Source of the DNA: Octopus vulgaris
Lineage: Eukaryota
Reading direction: 5' to 3'
Assembly: GCA_951406725.2 (NCBI GenBank)
Contig: OX597827.1
Coordinates: 33,852,001 to 33,916,000, forward strand
Length of the DNA: 64,000 nucleotides
The position numbers and the translations under genes are program-made. A model generated the notes under the pieces. The model searched no databases. It worked only from the letters and a program-made list of their open reading frames with translations, and was not told where the DNA came from. This document shows positions 1 through 11,940 of this stretch, in pieces. Positions within the stretch are counted from its first letter, which is position 1. Each line of letters starts with the position of its first letter.

Positions 1-19
1 CATGTTCTCTGACTTACAG

Positions 20-2050
20 GTCTACACTGTAAGTTGGATTGGCGCCATCCTTTCTTGTCATCTTTGCAACCTTCAATAAATTCACTCAAGGATGGCATTT
101 CCCTCTCTACCCTCACCTTTTCAAGTGAAACTTGAAAAAGTCAATGAGGGCTCTGCCAAACAGGAATATCTCTTCCCTCATGTCTTTCAGCCTCGTCCTC
201 ATCATAATCACCATCAGACAAAAGAAAGGCGGCAGGGTAGTCAACATTATGGACTTGGCTAATAGATCTGTCTCATGTGCGACTGCAGCTGTTTGACATA
301 ATTCCACAAGTAAGCAATGTCCAGACACTGAATGAATGCTTGTAGAATGGTTTCCTTACTCTGCATGCACCTTGGACAAGTCAGTCTGATTGCACATTAG
401 AATCTGTAGAGTTTATCTCAAACTGGTAGTGTACTTTGGTAGAACTGTCAGGCTAAGGACTTCTGGATGTTATCCATGGTACTCCTCGACTGGAATCCTC
501 CAGAATAGACTAGCATTTTGTTTTTGAGGACATCCAAAGTTTCCTCAAGAATGTCGTTGCTCTTCCCTGCCACTAATCCTCTATTTATTGCTAAAGCAGA
601 ACATCTACCATTTCCATTGCCTGACTGGTAAAGGGCTGTGAGCATCTTATGACACTCTAAGGGCTAGGCGCCCACTCTGGGTTTTTTTTTCTCTCCAGGA
701 CTGCAGCTTCATCAAGGAGACGAGCAGAAAAACATGTCTCCTGAATGGAACCTACACATATTCAACCTCTGGTAATCTTTACAAGTGGAGCAACCTCAAC
801 TCATGTCTGTACATCAGCAGCCACAGAATGCTTAAGCTGTCACACAGTAGGTGATGGTAGAAGACTAACAGCCTGAACACTGGAACATGTCAGTTCCACA
901 AGAAATTTATAACAGGCATTCCAACCTAATCAAGCAGTAGCCAAGGCAAGACACGCCGGTCAGGCAGTAAATAATAATGGAGGCGATGCAGGAATTCGCC
1001 ACCTTTGCCCATCCCTTCAAGGACAGCTTCCTCTCTGCTCTTTTCTGAGTAAGACTGGTCACCCTGTTTGTCAGCATGTCATAGTTGTTTTCCATCTGGA
1101 AATCGGGACTGAACCAGACCTTGAACAGTTTAACTGGTCCATCAGTCCAGCTTCTAACAATGCTGTCTAACAGTATAGACCTGCATCTTTAGCTGTCCAG
1201 TCACAAACCTACTAACTTGTTGGCATTGATTTTGGCTCCAGCAATAAATTTGTATTGCTTTCTTATGGTGCTGACAATTTCCACTATGGAGACATCCAAC
1301 ACCATGATGGTGGCGTCATCTGTATGTATGCCCCTCAACTGTTCCAACTTCAGCAGCAGTGGCTCAAGAGCCAGTATGTACAAAAGAAGAGACAGTGGGA
1401 TACTGTGACGGACTGAGCGTGCAATGTGAAACGGTTTTGACAGGTGACCGTTTTTTTTTACCACCGAGAAGGTACTGCTCTGCATTGCAGTGGTCCAACC
1501 TCTGAAAACTGGTCCAAACCCAGCTGATTTCAGGATGGCTTCTAATAGCGTGTATCACACAAGGTGGAGTTTGTTGTTGATGAACCTGTTCAGAATCCCA
1601 CATGTTCATTCTTTTCCAAACAGACAACCGACGACAAATGTCAGCCTTTTCGTTAACACTCCAGTCAAAGACTTAAACTCTGTGTTTAGCAGGAACTGGA
1701 TTAGGGAACTAGTTAAGTGGCAGTTGATGGAAGTAAATCTGAGAGTGCACCATTAAATAAGGAGGAGGCAGTGCCATCTGGTGCACCCTCTTAGCAACAG
1801 GCATACTTGTTGATGCATATGACAGCTTTTGTCCCAAATTGTTTCCCCTTTACATACATGTAAAGGGCCACACATCCTTGAGGCATTTTTCAGTTTCTGC
1901 CAGAATAGGAAATTTAAGTTTCCTCTCATGAGAGATGCACTTATACAGAATCGTTTTTCTCATTCAGAGTTAGTTTTCCACTTCTCATTAAGCAGCATAA
2001 CCCACTAGCTTCACAATAGCAGTTTTGTACAGGAGGGCTTTACCTTTTAA
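20..2050 (-). mobile_element. Degenerate L1/Tx1-clade LINE, ORF2 remnants (RT and C-terminal region)
   Basis: ORF fragments NGHLSKPFHIARSVR..PLSLLLYILALEPLL, RAERKLSLKG.AKVAN and FLFGRALIDFFKFHLKR are collinear with ORF2 of the 31-36 kb and 52-55 kb LINEs; many stops and deletions. Confidence 0.85.
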
Positions 2051-2156
2051 ACCTAGCACTGAATGCTTGGAGGACTTTACCTTTTAGATTTTGCACTGAA
2101 TGCTTGGAGGACTTTATCTTTTAGCTCTTGCACTGAATGCTTGGTCCACTGGCTAA

Positions 2157-2645
2157 CTACCCATGAGAAAGATAAAGAGTTGTTGTGGTTTTTATATTGT
2201 TATTACAACTGTGTTTGATGTTGGTGTTGTTGACTGTATTCTTGATGGTGTCCTTGTTTTCATTCTTGCTTTTGCTGTTGTTGTTTTTGTCGGTGTTCAC
2301 ATTGTTTTTGATGCTGTTGCAGTTCTCGTGGTTTTTGCTGCTGTTGCAGTTCTCGTGGTTTTTGCTGCTGCTGCTGTTGTATGTACACATTGTTGTTGTT
2401 ATTGTTATTATTGTTGTTGCAGCACTGTTGTTACTGCTGCTGCTGCTGCTTGTATTTTTGCAGGTGTTGCTGTTGTCATAGCAACAAGACAAAATTCCAT
2501 TTCTTAGATTCAATAAATTTATTTCAGCTCCAACTTGCCTGCCATTGACACCATGTTCCATTGTCATGGCTACATTGGCACTCAAAGCTGGGTCGATGGA
2601 ATGTTGTCTACAGTCAATTATTATTATTGTTTTGTGTCCCAACAT
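2157..2645 (-). pseudogene. Possible N-terminal ORF1 remnant of the adjacent LINE (Thr/Asn/Ser-rich)
   Basis: Same strand as, and upstream of, the LINE remnant; composition resembles the T/N-rich N-terminus of ORF1 at 31329; only low-complexity similarity. Confidence 0.35.
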
Positions 2646-2943
2646 TTTTCTTGAAACTGGAAAGATTTTGAAATCTTTGTTTCAAAAAGAAATTCAAAAT
2701 AAATATCTCTGAATTACACCCTTGCCTGGTGGGTGTAAGTGAACAGAAAAGTTACTACCATGATTGAGACAATGTCAGCACCAAATTTTACACAAAATAA
2801 ATGACTGAATGGAGTTTAACCACCCAAAACGACTGATAAAATTCTTAAAACTTGCAGAGTTCCAAGTTTCTGTGACATCACAGTATGGTGGCAGCAACAA
2901 CAATAATAAAAACAACAGCAAACAGCAACTACAACTATGACAA

Positions 2944-3156
2944 TCCTTTCTACTATAGGAATAAAGCCTGAAATTTTGTGGGAAGAGGGTAGGTGATTAT
3001 ATCATCCCCAGTGCTCAACTGGTGCTTGTTTTATCAAATCTGAAGGGATGAAAAGCGAAGTTGACTTTAGCAGAATTTGAACTCAGAATGTAAAGATCTA
3101 TGAAATGTTGCTTAACATTTTGTCCAGTATGCAAGCAATTCTGCCAGCTCATTGCC

Positions 3157-3158
<2 letters not shown>
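2944..3158 (-). mobile_element. tRNA-derived SINE, family A
   Basis: Minus strand shows A-box-like TGGCAGAAT and B-box-like GAGTTCAAATTC, then the central TTTCATCC..GATAAA..ACCAG domain shared by more than 10 copies in the window. Confidence 0.85.
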
Positions 3159-3212
<54 letters not shown>

Positions 3213-3216
<4 letters not shown>

Positions 3217-3738
3217 GAAAAAAGATGGTATAGGCACACACCAGAAAAGGTCACAGAAAACGAGAAAGCAACCATACTCTGGGATATGCCGATACACACA
3301 GATAGAGAAATTAAGGCCAACAGACCAGATATAGTTGTCAGAGATCATGAAGAAAAAAAATGCTTTCTAATTGATGTATCAATACCGGCTGATGACAACG
3401 TGTCTCTAAAAGAAATGGAGAAACTCTCAAAATACAAAGACCTGGAAATAGAGGTAACTAGAATGTGGAATCTGAAAACAGAAACAATTCCTATCATAGA
3501 AGGTGCATTAGGCATGATAAAAAAATATTCAGACAAATACATAACAAAAACACCAGGACTTACAAACACATATAACATACAGAAAATTGCACTACTAGGC
3601 AGTGCACACATCCTACGCAGAACACTTTCCATACAATAACCATCAGAGCATCACAACAAATCACAGCACATACCCAAGGCACACAGAGCTGTGCTCGGTA
3701 GTGAAGTGAAAGCATGCTATAAAAATAAAACTACTGAA
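3213..3738 (+). mobile_element. 5'-truncated R4/Dong-like non-LTR retrotransposon (restriction-like endonuclease domain and 3' UTR)
   Basis: WDMPIHTDREIKANRPDIVV..IDVSIP..KLSKYKDL is a PD-(D/E)xK-type RLE motif; near-identical to 49091-49620; flanked by (TAA)n. Confidence 0.9.
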
Positions 3739-3759
3739 CAATGATAATAATAATAATAT

Positions 3760-3975
3760 TTCTTTCTACTGGAAGCACAAGGCCTCAAATTTGGGGGAGG
3801 AGATTAAGTTGATTACATTGCTCCCCAGTGCATAACTGGTACTTATTTAATTGACCCTGCAAGGATGAATGGCAAAGTCAACCTCGGCAGAATTTGAACT
3901 CAGAATGGGAAGATGGACAGAATGCTGCTAAGCATTTTGCCCGGTGTGCTAACTATACTGCCAGTTTTCTACTTT
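3760..3975 (-). mobile_element. SINE family A
   Basis: Same A/B boxes and central domain as the other family A copies. Confidence 0.85.
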
Positions 3976-4000
3976 TAATAATAATAATAATAATAATAAT

Positions 4001-4950
4001 TTCTTTATTAACCACAAAGGGCTTACATTAAAAAACATTGTATACAGCACAGGACAAACAGAAAGTGGGGTTGCATGAAAGTCATGTAAACAATGAAAAA
4101 CAATCAATTATAACAAAATTTCCCAAAAGAGAACTCCTAGAACTGTTCATGAAAACCTCACAAATCCATGACAGTCCTGGCCACCAGGGTAAGCACCCTT
4201 TCCACTTTGTCTACAAGCACATGCTTAGAGTAGGCCCATTCACTCGGGCTATTCTTGTGACATTCACCCACCTTTTAACAAAATTGCTGGGGTGGGGGTG
4301 GGAGCAGAACGTCTCTCTCCACCCACACTTCCTTTTTCAAGTGAAACTTGAAAACGTTGATGAGGGCTTTGCCAAAGAGGAAAGTATCTGTCTTTAGCCC
4401 TTTCAATCTGGTCCACCACAGGCTATCAGGCAAAGAAAAACAGCCTGCCCTTCCTGGCCAAAGGAAGGCAGTGGGACTATCTTCATAATAGACTCAACCG
4501 ATAGCCGGATCCATTCCATGTGTGACAGCAAGTGTTTGAGATAAGCACACACGCCAGAAATACTCAGGCACTGGTCAAGAGTATGCAGAATGGCTTTGTC
4601 GCTCTGTGTACATCTCAAGTAAACTTGGCTGACTGCACTTATGTGCCTGTAAAGAGTATCCTGAACAGGCAGTGCCCCACCGTAGCACTGCCAGGCCAAG
4701 GAGTTCTGGAAATTATCCATAGGCCCTGGTTTGAAAGTTCTCTGGAACAAACCAGCCAACTCATTCTCATCGACACCCAGAGTCTCCCTGAGAGTGTCAT
4801 CATGCTTACTTGCCACTAAGCCTCTATAGAAAGCCAACCACATTGCTTGATTGGCAGTGGAGTGTGAGTGCCTGACGACACTCTAGGTGCCAGGCACCCT
4901 GCCTTGGTCTATGTTTGATCCAGGACTGCAGCTCAGTCAAAGAGAGGAGC
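4001..4950 (-). mobile_element. 3' fragment of L1/Tx1-clade LINE
   Basis: FYRGLVASKHDDTLRETLGVDENELAGLFQRTF..DNFQNSLAWQCY is homologous to 54345-54716; ends in AATAAAGAA followed by (ATT)n on the minus strand. Confidence 0.85.
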
Positions 4951-4970
4951 TGTAATAATGATAATAATAA

Positions 4971-5422
4971 TCCTTTCTACTAAAGGCACAAGGCCTGAAA
5001 TTTTGTGTGTGTGGGGGAACTAGTCGATTATATCAGCCCTAGTGTTTCACTGGTACTTATTTCATCAACCCGAAAAGGATGAAAGGCAAAGTCAACCTTG
5101 GCAGAATTTGAACTCAGAATGTGAAGATGGATGGAATGCTGCTAAACATTTTGCTGCTAATGATACTGCCAGTTCACTGCTTTTAATAATAATAACAATA
5201 AAGATAGTCCTTTCTACTAAAGGTACAAGGCCTGAAATTTGTGGGAGGGGAGATAATTGATTTAATTGACCCTAATACTCAACTGGTACTTATTTTATCA
5301 ACCCCAAAAGGATAAAAGACAAAGTCAACCTCAGCAGATTTTGAACTCTGAATGTGAAAATGGATAAAATGATGCTAAGCATTTTGCCCGACATGCTAAC
5401 GATTCTGCTAGCTCACCAACTT
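4971..5422 (-). mobile_element. Two tandem SINE family A copies (about 4971-5182 and 5208-5422)
   Basis: Two complete head-core-tail units separated by TAA-rich spacers. Confidence 0.85.
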
Positions 5423-5463
5423 AATAATGATGATGATGATGATGATAATAATAATAATAATAA

Positions 5464-7103
5464 CTAGCTGGACCCGTGAAAAATTCATGGAAAACATAAA
5501 AAATGTAAGCATCCGTAAACAGTGTACTGGTGCCATGAGAAATGTTTGTATATTATGACTATCTGTCTTTACATTCTGAGTTCAACTTCTGCTGAGTTTG
5601 ACTTTGCCTTTCGTCCTGTCGGGGTCGATAAATTAAGTATCAGTTATGTACTGGGGTCGGTCTAATCAACTGGCCCCCTCCCCACAAAAAATTCAGGCTT
5701 AGAAAAGTATATTGTAACAGTTACAGAATATAGAAAGTAATGTGACACCATAACTATATAATCCAACCAAAATATAGTTACACAAATGTAAACGGAATTA
5801 CTATTTAACCTTAAAATACACTGTACATATGCAAGGAACCATAATGTACAAATTGAAATGCAAAAGAGTGAACTAATAAATGAATTTATGAATGAAAGTT
5901 TGGTAATTGCGTTTATTTCCACCACGCAGCACTTATAATTGCAAAAATGTTTTAACCAACCAAAACTATACACAGACACAACTACATTCATATATATATA
6001 TATGTCTCAAGTTGTAGCTGTAATTCAAAGGGGCCAGCCTGGCCATATTCTGTGTGAGGCTGAATCTCCCTGAGAACTACATTAATATTATGCATGTCTG
6101 TGGAGTACTCAGCCATTTGTGAGTCAATTTTATCCTCGTGTGGTAATGAAAAGTGAAATTGACATCCAATATTTGCTGTGTGTATGTATCTATGTATGAA
6201 TTTTTCTTTGGATTTATTATCTACTGTCTCTCTTTCTCTTTCACTTCCTTTGTGTCTCTCTTCTCTCCCACTTTTGATTTAACAATGTGTATATGTATTT
6301 ATGTATCTACTTCACTTGCGATGTGATAAACATTTAGAAACACAAAATGAATGCTGTTACCACTCACTGTCTCTCTTTCTTTCTCACTTTTTTTCTCTCT
6401 TACGTACTCTCTGAAACATTTAAAAATGCAAAGCAAATGCTATCACCACTCACTGTCTCTTTCACTCTCTCTCTCACTTTCTCTCTCACTTTGTCAGTTC
6501 TTTGAAGTGTGACGCACACAACAGGTACGTACAAAATCAGAAATTTAATGTATTAATATTATTGATATGTCTCAAGTTGTAGCTGTAATTCAAAGGGGTC
6601 AGCCTTGTCATATTCTGTGTAAAGCTTAATCTCCTCGGGAACTATATTAATGTTATGCATGTCTGTGGAGTACTCAGCTATTTGTGAGTTAATTTTATCC
6701 TCGTGTGGTAATGAAAAGTGAAATTGACATCCAATATTTGCTATGTGTATGTATCCATGTATGGACTTTTCTTTGGATTTATATATCTACTGTCTCTCTC
6801 ACTTTCTCTTTTACTTCCTTTGTGTCCTTTTTCTCTCGCGCTTTTGATTTAACAATGTGTATATGTATTTATGTATCTACTTCTCTTGCAATGTGATAAA
6901 CATTTAAAAACACAAAACGAACGCTGTCACCACTCACTGTCTCTTTCATTCTCTCTTATGTCCTCTCTGAAGCATTTGAAAACACAAAATGAATGCTGTC
7001 ACCACTTACTTTCTCTCTCTCGCTTTGCCACTTCTTTGAAGTAAGTGTGACACACACAACAGGTATGTACAAAAATAAGAAGTTAGTGTATAAATATTAT
7101 TGA
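5464..7103 (-). mobile_element. Probable non-autonomous Helitron with duplicated 5' segment
   Basis: On the minus strand it starts A|TC at 7103 (and again at 6565) and ends CTAG|T at 5464; subterminal hairpin CCGTGAA-AAA-TTCATGG at 5474-5490; contains a SINE A fragment at about 5563-5708. Confidence 0.6.
6001..7103. repeat. Diverged tandem duplication, units 6001-6565 and 6566-7103
   Basis: Both units begin TATGTCTCAAGTTGTAGCTGTAATTCAAAGGGG and end AATATTATTGA. Confidence 0.95.
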
Positions 7104-7130
7104 TAATAATAATAATAATAATAATAATAA

Positions 7131-7308
7131 TCCTTTCTAGTGAAGACACAAGGCCTGAAATTTGCGGGGAGGTGTCTAGCTGATTACATTGACCCCAGTT
7201 TTTAGTTGGTACTTCATTTATTGACTCTGACAGGATGAAAGGCAAAGTCGACCTTGATGGAATTTGAACTCACAAAGTAGTGATGGGTGAAATACCACTA
7301 AGCATTTT
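7131..7308 (-). mobile_element. SINE family A, head truncated
   Basis: Tail, core and B-box present. Confidence 0.75.
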
Positions 7309-7320
7309 GTATACGTATAG

Positions 7321-8670
7321 ATGAATGTACATATACGTATGTATCCCAACTATGCGAACCTGTTCGTTGGCTATGTTGAGGCCCAAATATTCTCTAATTT
7401 CACTGGTCCCACTCCTGAACTATATGGTCGTTATATTGACGACATTATCGGTGCCACCTCACTCTCCCGCGAACATCTAGATTCCTTCCTCTCTTTCGTC
7501 CAATCTTTCCATCCAGCCCTCCACTTCACTTCCACTATCTCCAACACCTCTGTCTCCTTCCTCGACATTTCGGTTAGCATTCTTCACTCCACTCTTACCA
7601 CCTCCATTCACTACAAACACACAGACTCACACTCATACCTCAACTTCTCTTCCTCCCACCCAGAACACACCAAGCTTTCCATCCCCTATTCCCAATTCCT
7701 CCGTCTACGTAGGCTCTGTAGTGACGACCATGACTTTGAGACTCAGTCTCAACGTATGGCTCACCACTTCACCCTACGTGGATACCCCCTCACCACTATC
7801 CACACCGCCCTTGCCAGAGCACGGTCCGTGGACCGTGTATCTGCTCTCTCTCCCCGAACCCGCCCTGTAGTCTCCCGCCTCCCTTTTCCCCTCACTTACC
7901 ACCCCACGACCCTACGTCTCCAACGCACCATTCTTCGAGCTTTCCGTCATCTCCAGTCCGACCCGTCCACTTCACACCTCTTCCCTAACCGACCCCTTCC
8001 CTCTTTCAAACGAGCCCACAACCTTCGAGACCTTTTGGTCCATAGCTCCTTCCCTGACCCTACCTCCCAACCCGGCTCGTTCCCCTGCTCCCGCCCACGT
8101 TGCCGCACTTGCCCTTACCTCTCCAACACCACCCGCCTCACTAGCACCCACCATCGACCCTATCCCATCATCCACTCCTTCACCTGCACCTCCAGCAATA
8201 TTATCTATTGCATCTCTTGCTCTCTCTGCAATTCCTTGTACATCGGACAAACGGGACGCCGCTTGGCTGACCAGTTCGCGGAACACCTTCGTGACATCCA
8301 CCTTGCGAACGACACACCGGTCTCACGCCATTTCCGCTCCACCGGTCACTCCTTGCAACACCTATCTGTGTTCGGTTTGTCCTTACACAGAGGCCATCCG
8401 GATTCCCGTTTGCGCCGTGAACAGGAATTAATCTTCTCTCTTCGCTCTTATACGCCATTTGGTCTCAACTCTCCCCCCTCCTCATCTAACCCCCTCCTCA
8501 CCTATCCTTTCTCCCCCCGACCCCTACTTCTTCAGTCCTTCATCCTTTCACCCCTACTCCCCTTCCCTTCTTCCCTCTTTCTCCCTCCCTCTTCCCCTTC
8601 CCTCTGCTCCCTCACTCCCTCTCTCCCCTTCTCCTCCCTCTCCCCCATCCTCCCTCACTACACCACATGA
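7321..8670 (+). CDS. Penelope-like RT C-terminal half plus GIY-YIG endonuclease (N-truncated, so the ATG is probably not native)
   Basis: PNYANLFVG..RYIDD (RT), YKHTDSHSYL..SSHP..SQFLRLRRLCS (PLE thumb), CSRPRCRTC linker, IIYCISC..YIGQTGR (GIY-YIG), terminal PFGLN. Confidence 0.9.
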   Translation: MNVHIRMYPNYANLFVGYVEAQIFSNFTGPTPELYGRYIDDIIGATSLSREHLDSFLSFVQSFHPALHFTSTISNTSVSFLDISVSILHSTLTTSIHYKHTDSHSYLNFSSSHPEHTKLSIPYSQFLRLRRLCSDDHDFETQSQRMAHHFTLRGYPLTTIHTALARARSVDRVSALSPRTRPVVSRLPFPLTYHPTTLRLQRTILRAFRHLQSDPSTSHLFPNRPLPSFKRAHNLRDLLVHSSFPDPTSQPGSFPCSRPRCRTCPYLSNTTRLTSTHHRPYPIIHSFTCTSSNIIYCISCSLCNSLYIGQTGRRLADQFAEHLRDIHLANDTPVSRHFRSTGHSLQHLSVFGLSLHRGHPDSRLRREQELIFSLRSYTPFGLNSPPSSSNPLLTYPFSPRPLLLQSFILSPLLPFPSSLFLPPSSPSLCSLTPSLPFSSLSPILPHYTT

Positions 8671-8699
8671 CTTTACACATCACATCACATATGATGTGC

Positions 8700-9005
8700 C
8701 ATACTAATACACACACCAACTAATACATACTAATACGTACTAATACATACTAGTACATACTAATACTTACACCAACCCTATACATACACACGTCCAGACC
8801 CCGCATACGCACTTATACTCTCTCACACACATACCTATACATACCAATACGTACTAATACATACTAATACATACACCAACCCCATACATACGCACGTCCA
8901 GACCAATCTTACGCACTAATACTCTCTCATATACACACACACACACACACACCCTTATACATACTAATACATACACCAACCCTATACATACACACATCCA
9001 GACCC
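8700..9005. repeat. Minisatellite in PLE 3' region, about 100-bp unit x3
   Basis: ACTAATAC..ACACCAACCC..TACATAC..CAC.TCCAGACC recurs near 8760, 8863 and 8963. Confidence 0.75.
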
Positions 9006-9191
9006 CTCCCACGCACTTTTAGCTGGTCCCTCAACCCTTTTATCAACCCTATTATCTCCCCTTATTTCGCTCTCGCGTCTCATGTTTGATCTTTGACCTC
9101 TGGCCGAAATCAGATCGCCATGTTGATTCGTTAGCTACTGCACGCTTTTTTTTTTTCTCTCCTTCTTTCTGTGTTTTTCTCTCTCTGTGTA

Positions 9192-9229
9192 TCTTTCTGT
9201 TGAAGAGCGTAGGCTCGAAACGTTAAAGA
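9192..9229 (+). ncRNA. Minimal hammerhead-like motif (variant core CUGUUGA)
   Basis: TCTTT-CTGTTGA-A-GAG(CGTAGG)CTC-GAAAC-GTT-AAAGA: stems I and II pair, palindromic AACGTT stem III. Confidence 0.55.
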
Positions 9230-10021
9230 CTTGTTTTATTTATATTTCCTGAGCGCCATACTAATACAATTGTTCGTTTGTTTTCCACCTGCCTTCGTCT
9301 TTTGTTTATTTTCATAAAGCTTCCCGTTATATATATACATACATATATATATTATTTATATTATTATATGACTGAACGCCACGCATCCTCTTGCAAGTAA
9401 GTTTTATCTTAGTAATTCTGATGCGCACTCTATATGATCTTTTTACTCTTTTGTTTTTCTCTCTCTTATTCTTTTACCTCCTCTTCTCCCACTATTATAT
9501 CCTATTACTCTGTCACTCTCATTCCCTCACTCCTCCTCCCTTTCTTATGTGACCATCGGCCATCTTTCTTTCTTCTCCTAAATTGTGTTTCTTTCTCTCT
9601 GTTGTAGCTGGAACAAAGAAGACATGTTCTTGTCTGTCTCCTGTCCAAGCTTGATTTACATGTTTGCCACCACAACCTCATTTAGCCTTAGCAGCCCTTG
9701 CTGTTTGTTTTCACTGTCCTGCTTGTGTTACCAATTTTGACCCTCTGCAAAAAATCCCAAATTTTACTTAATTTGCTTTGCGGGAGCAACTGTTTTATCA
9801 AAAGTGTATATTGTTGTTAAATGCTTGAAATACAAGAGTAGAAAAACAGCCAACAACTGATGAAGGGTCGTTCTTTATGTTGTTTGTTTTGTTTTCCATT
9901 TGTGTCTTTCATTGTTCGAAAATATAGTTAATATTCCATGTACTTGTGTCCACATATGCATATATATATATATATATATGTATAGATGTAAGTTATGTTC
10001 ATATACATATGTATATAGGTA

Positions 10022-10058
<37 letters not shown>

Positions 10059-10071
10059 AAAATGCATAAAC

Positions 10072-10103
<32 letters not shown>

Positions 10104-10106
<3 letters not shown>

Positions 10107-11231
10107 TATAAAAACCCATGTGATTTATGCACTTTTTTCCTGCAAAACTAAAAATAAACTTTAGGGGTGCATAAATTATATGAGTAGATCGTTTCCAGAA
10201 TTTATTTTGAAATTCTTTTTGTTGCAAAATGACATACAAAATGTAAACATTCATACTGGAAGTTAACTCATTTTTTGCATGAAAAAATAATGGCTTAAAT
10301 ATGAAGTTGACTTTTATTTATGCTGGATGGTATACTGCTTGCTTTTTCTGTATAAATTTACTAAAACCATTAAATGATTAACTACTTTTTGAAATCTGAC
10401 GTTCAGGCTGGTAAACACGGTCCGGGCCATAGTTTACATTGCTTGGAGTGTCTACCTATCGCAATGGAGCACCATTGACATACGTAATGATATGGATATT
10501 CCTGACTGAAAAAAAAATGTAATGATATGGATAATCTTGATTGTAGGTTTTTATTTTTGTCTGTTTATTACTAGGCACAGTTTTAAATTTGTTGTACTGT
10601 TTACGCCAATTTCGAACATTGGCTCTATTGCCACATTCAAATGCATATTCAGCATATTTAATTTCTCCTTCACAGTAAATGATTCATAAGTCCTACTCAT
10701 ACTGACAATAACAGTAATGAGAAATTTTAAAGTTTGCTTGACATTTTATAAGTGTGAAAGGGATTAAAATTTTGATACTCCATATCCAAGGTTCTGACAA
10801 AAATAGGTGGAAAAGAATTGTGTTTATATAATCAGTTTGATCGGTCATCTTTCTCTGTCAGTTGAATAAAGTGTCATCAACAACTTTTCCTGTGATCATG
10901 ATTTGAGGAGACCTACAGAAGTATGCTAAAGATCGGACAATGATCTCTTGTGGGCAAGAAATGTAAAATAAAGTTTATTATAAACAACACAAGCATTTTA
11001 ATAGCTTAAACAGAAATTATTTTATCTAATGAAATTTTAATAAAATCTAATCTAAGTAAAATTATGCTAAATACAACTAAATTGAAAACCTTTTCCCCCT
11101 GGCTATATCAGCAATTCTAAAAACTTTTGGGTGCAAATTTTACATGAGAAGAAGCTTTTTTTAACAAATTTTATTCTGAAAATCACCTGTGTAAATTGCA
11201 GAGGTGTGTAATTTATGTGGGTTTTTATCGT
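10104..11231. mobile_element. Old non-autonomous Tc1/mariner-pogo-like DNA transposon
   Basis: Imperfect terminal inverted repeats (TATAAAAACCCATGTGATTTATGCAC / GTGTGTAATTTATGTGGGTTTTTATCG) within TA runs; no ORF. Confidence 0.45.
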
Positions 11232-11402
11232 ATATACATATATATAAATCTGGGAGTGTTGCAAGGTGAGAAGAGTTTTCTGGAAAAGTGTTTATAGGAA
11301 ATGCATGTATATTTTAAGATTGGTGTTCTATATATAAATTATATATACACATACACACACACCCATAAATGAATAATATATATGTATATATATATTGAAG
11401 TG

Positions 11403-11466
11403 TTACATTATATATAAGGGCTTAGTAAAATAAATTTATTTTACTAAGCCCTTATATATAATGTAA
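11403..11466. repeat. Perfect 64-bp palindrome
   Basis: TTACATTATATATAAGGGCTTAGTAAAATAAA is followed directly by its reverse complement. Confidence 0.95.
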
Positions 11467-11940
11467 TATTTTGAATTCGCCTAAAATGGTCCCTTTACAT
11501 ACTGAATACTTGGTGAAATTGATTAATAATTAATTAATTTTACCCTCAATTGTTGAAATTATATATTGAAGTGTACGTTTATTATACAGTTGATCTTGCC
11601 AATTACTTTTGCACAAGGGGTTCAATGAAGTGTTAGGAAACAGCCTGATTATGTAACCCTGCACTCATCAGAGATGGCAGTTGTGGAATGAAATATGACA
11701 ACTGCTCTCTACTGTTCGAGGTGAAATGACACATCCAGTTTGTGGTTGCTGTGAAAGAGACAATTGAATGAACTGAGCAAGGGTTAAGAGTTACGTCCCT
11801 TGGCACCAAAACGTCATTTCTTGTGTTACAAGGCAACTAGAGTTTTCTGGAAAACTATGTATGTTTTAGCATTGGCGTTCTATATATATATATAGAACAA
11901 ATAGTGAGGGATTGTCAATCCCGGCAAAATACTTCATAAG

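Larger units (their letters stand above)
7345..9330 (+). mobile_element. 5'-truncated Penelope-like element (Neptune-like) with pseudo-LTR region
   Basis: Open RT+GIY-YIG frame followed by a CT-rich tail, minisatellite and hammerhead-like motif. Confidence 0.9.

Noticed and set aside
2055-2145. Three GCACTGAATGCTTGG repeats resembling a CRISPR array
   Set aside because: Spacers are near-identical, context is eukaryotic and there are no cas genes; it is a short minisatellite
3100-3212. Hydrophobic poly-Ile N-terminus suggesting a membrane-anchored nuclease
   Set aside because: Fortuitous read-through from antisense SINE and (TAA)n into the truncated Dong-like ORF
7321-8670. Prokaryotic RT system (retron, DGR, group II intron)
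   Set aside because: Thumb and GIY-YIG motifs identify a Penelope-like element; all other RTs here are non-LTR retrotransposons
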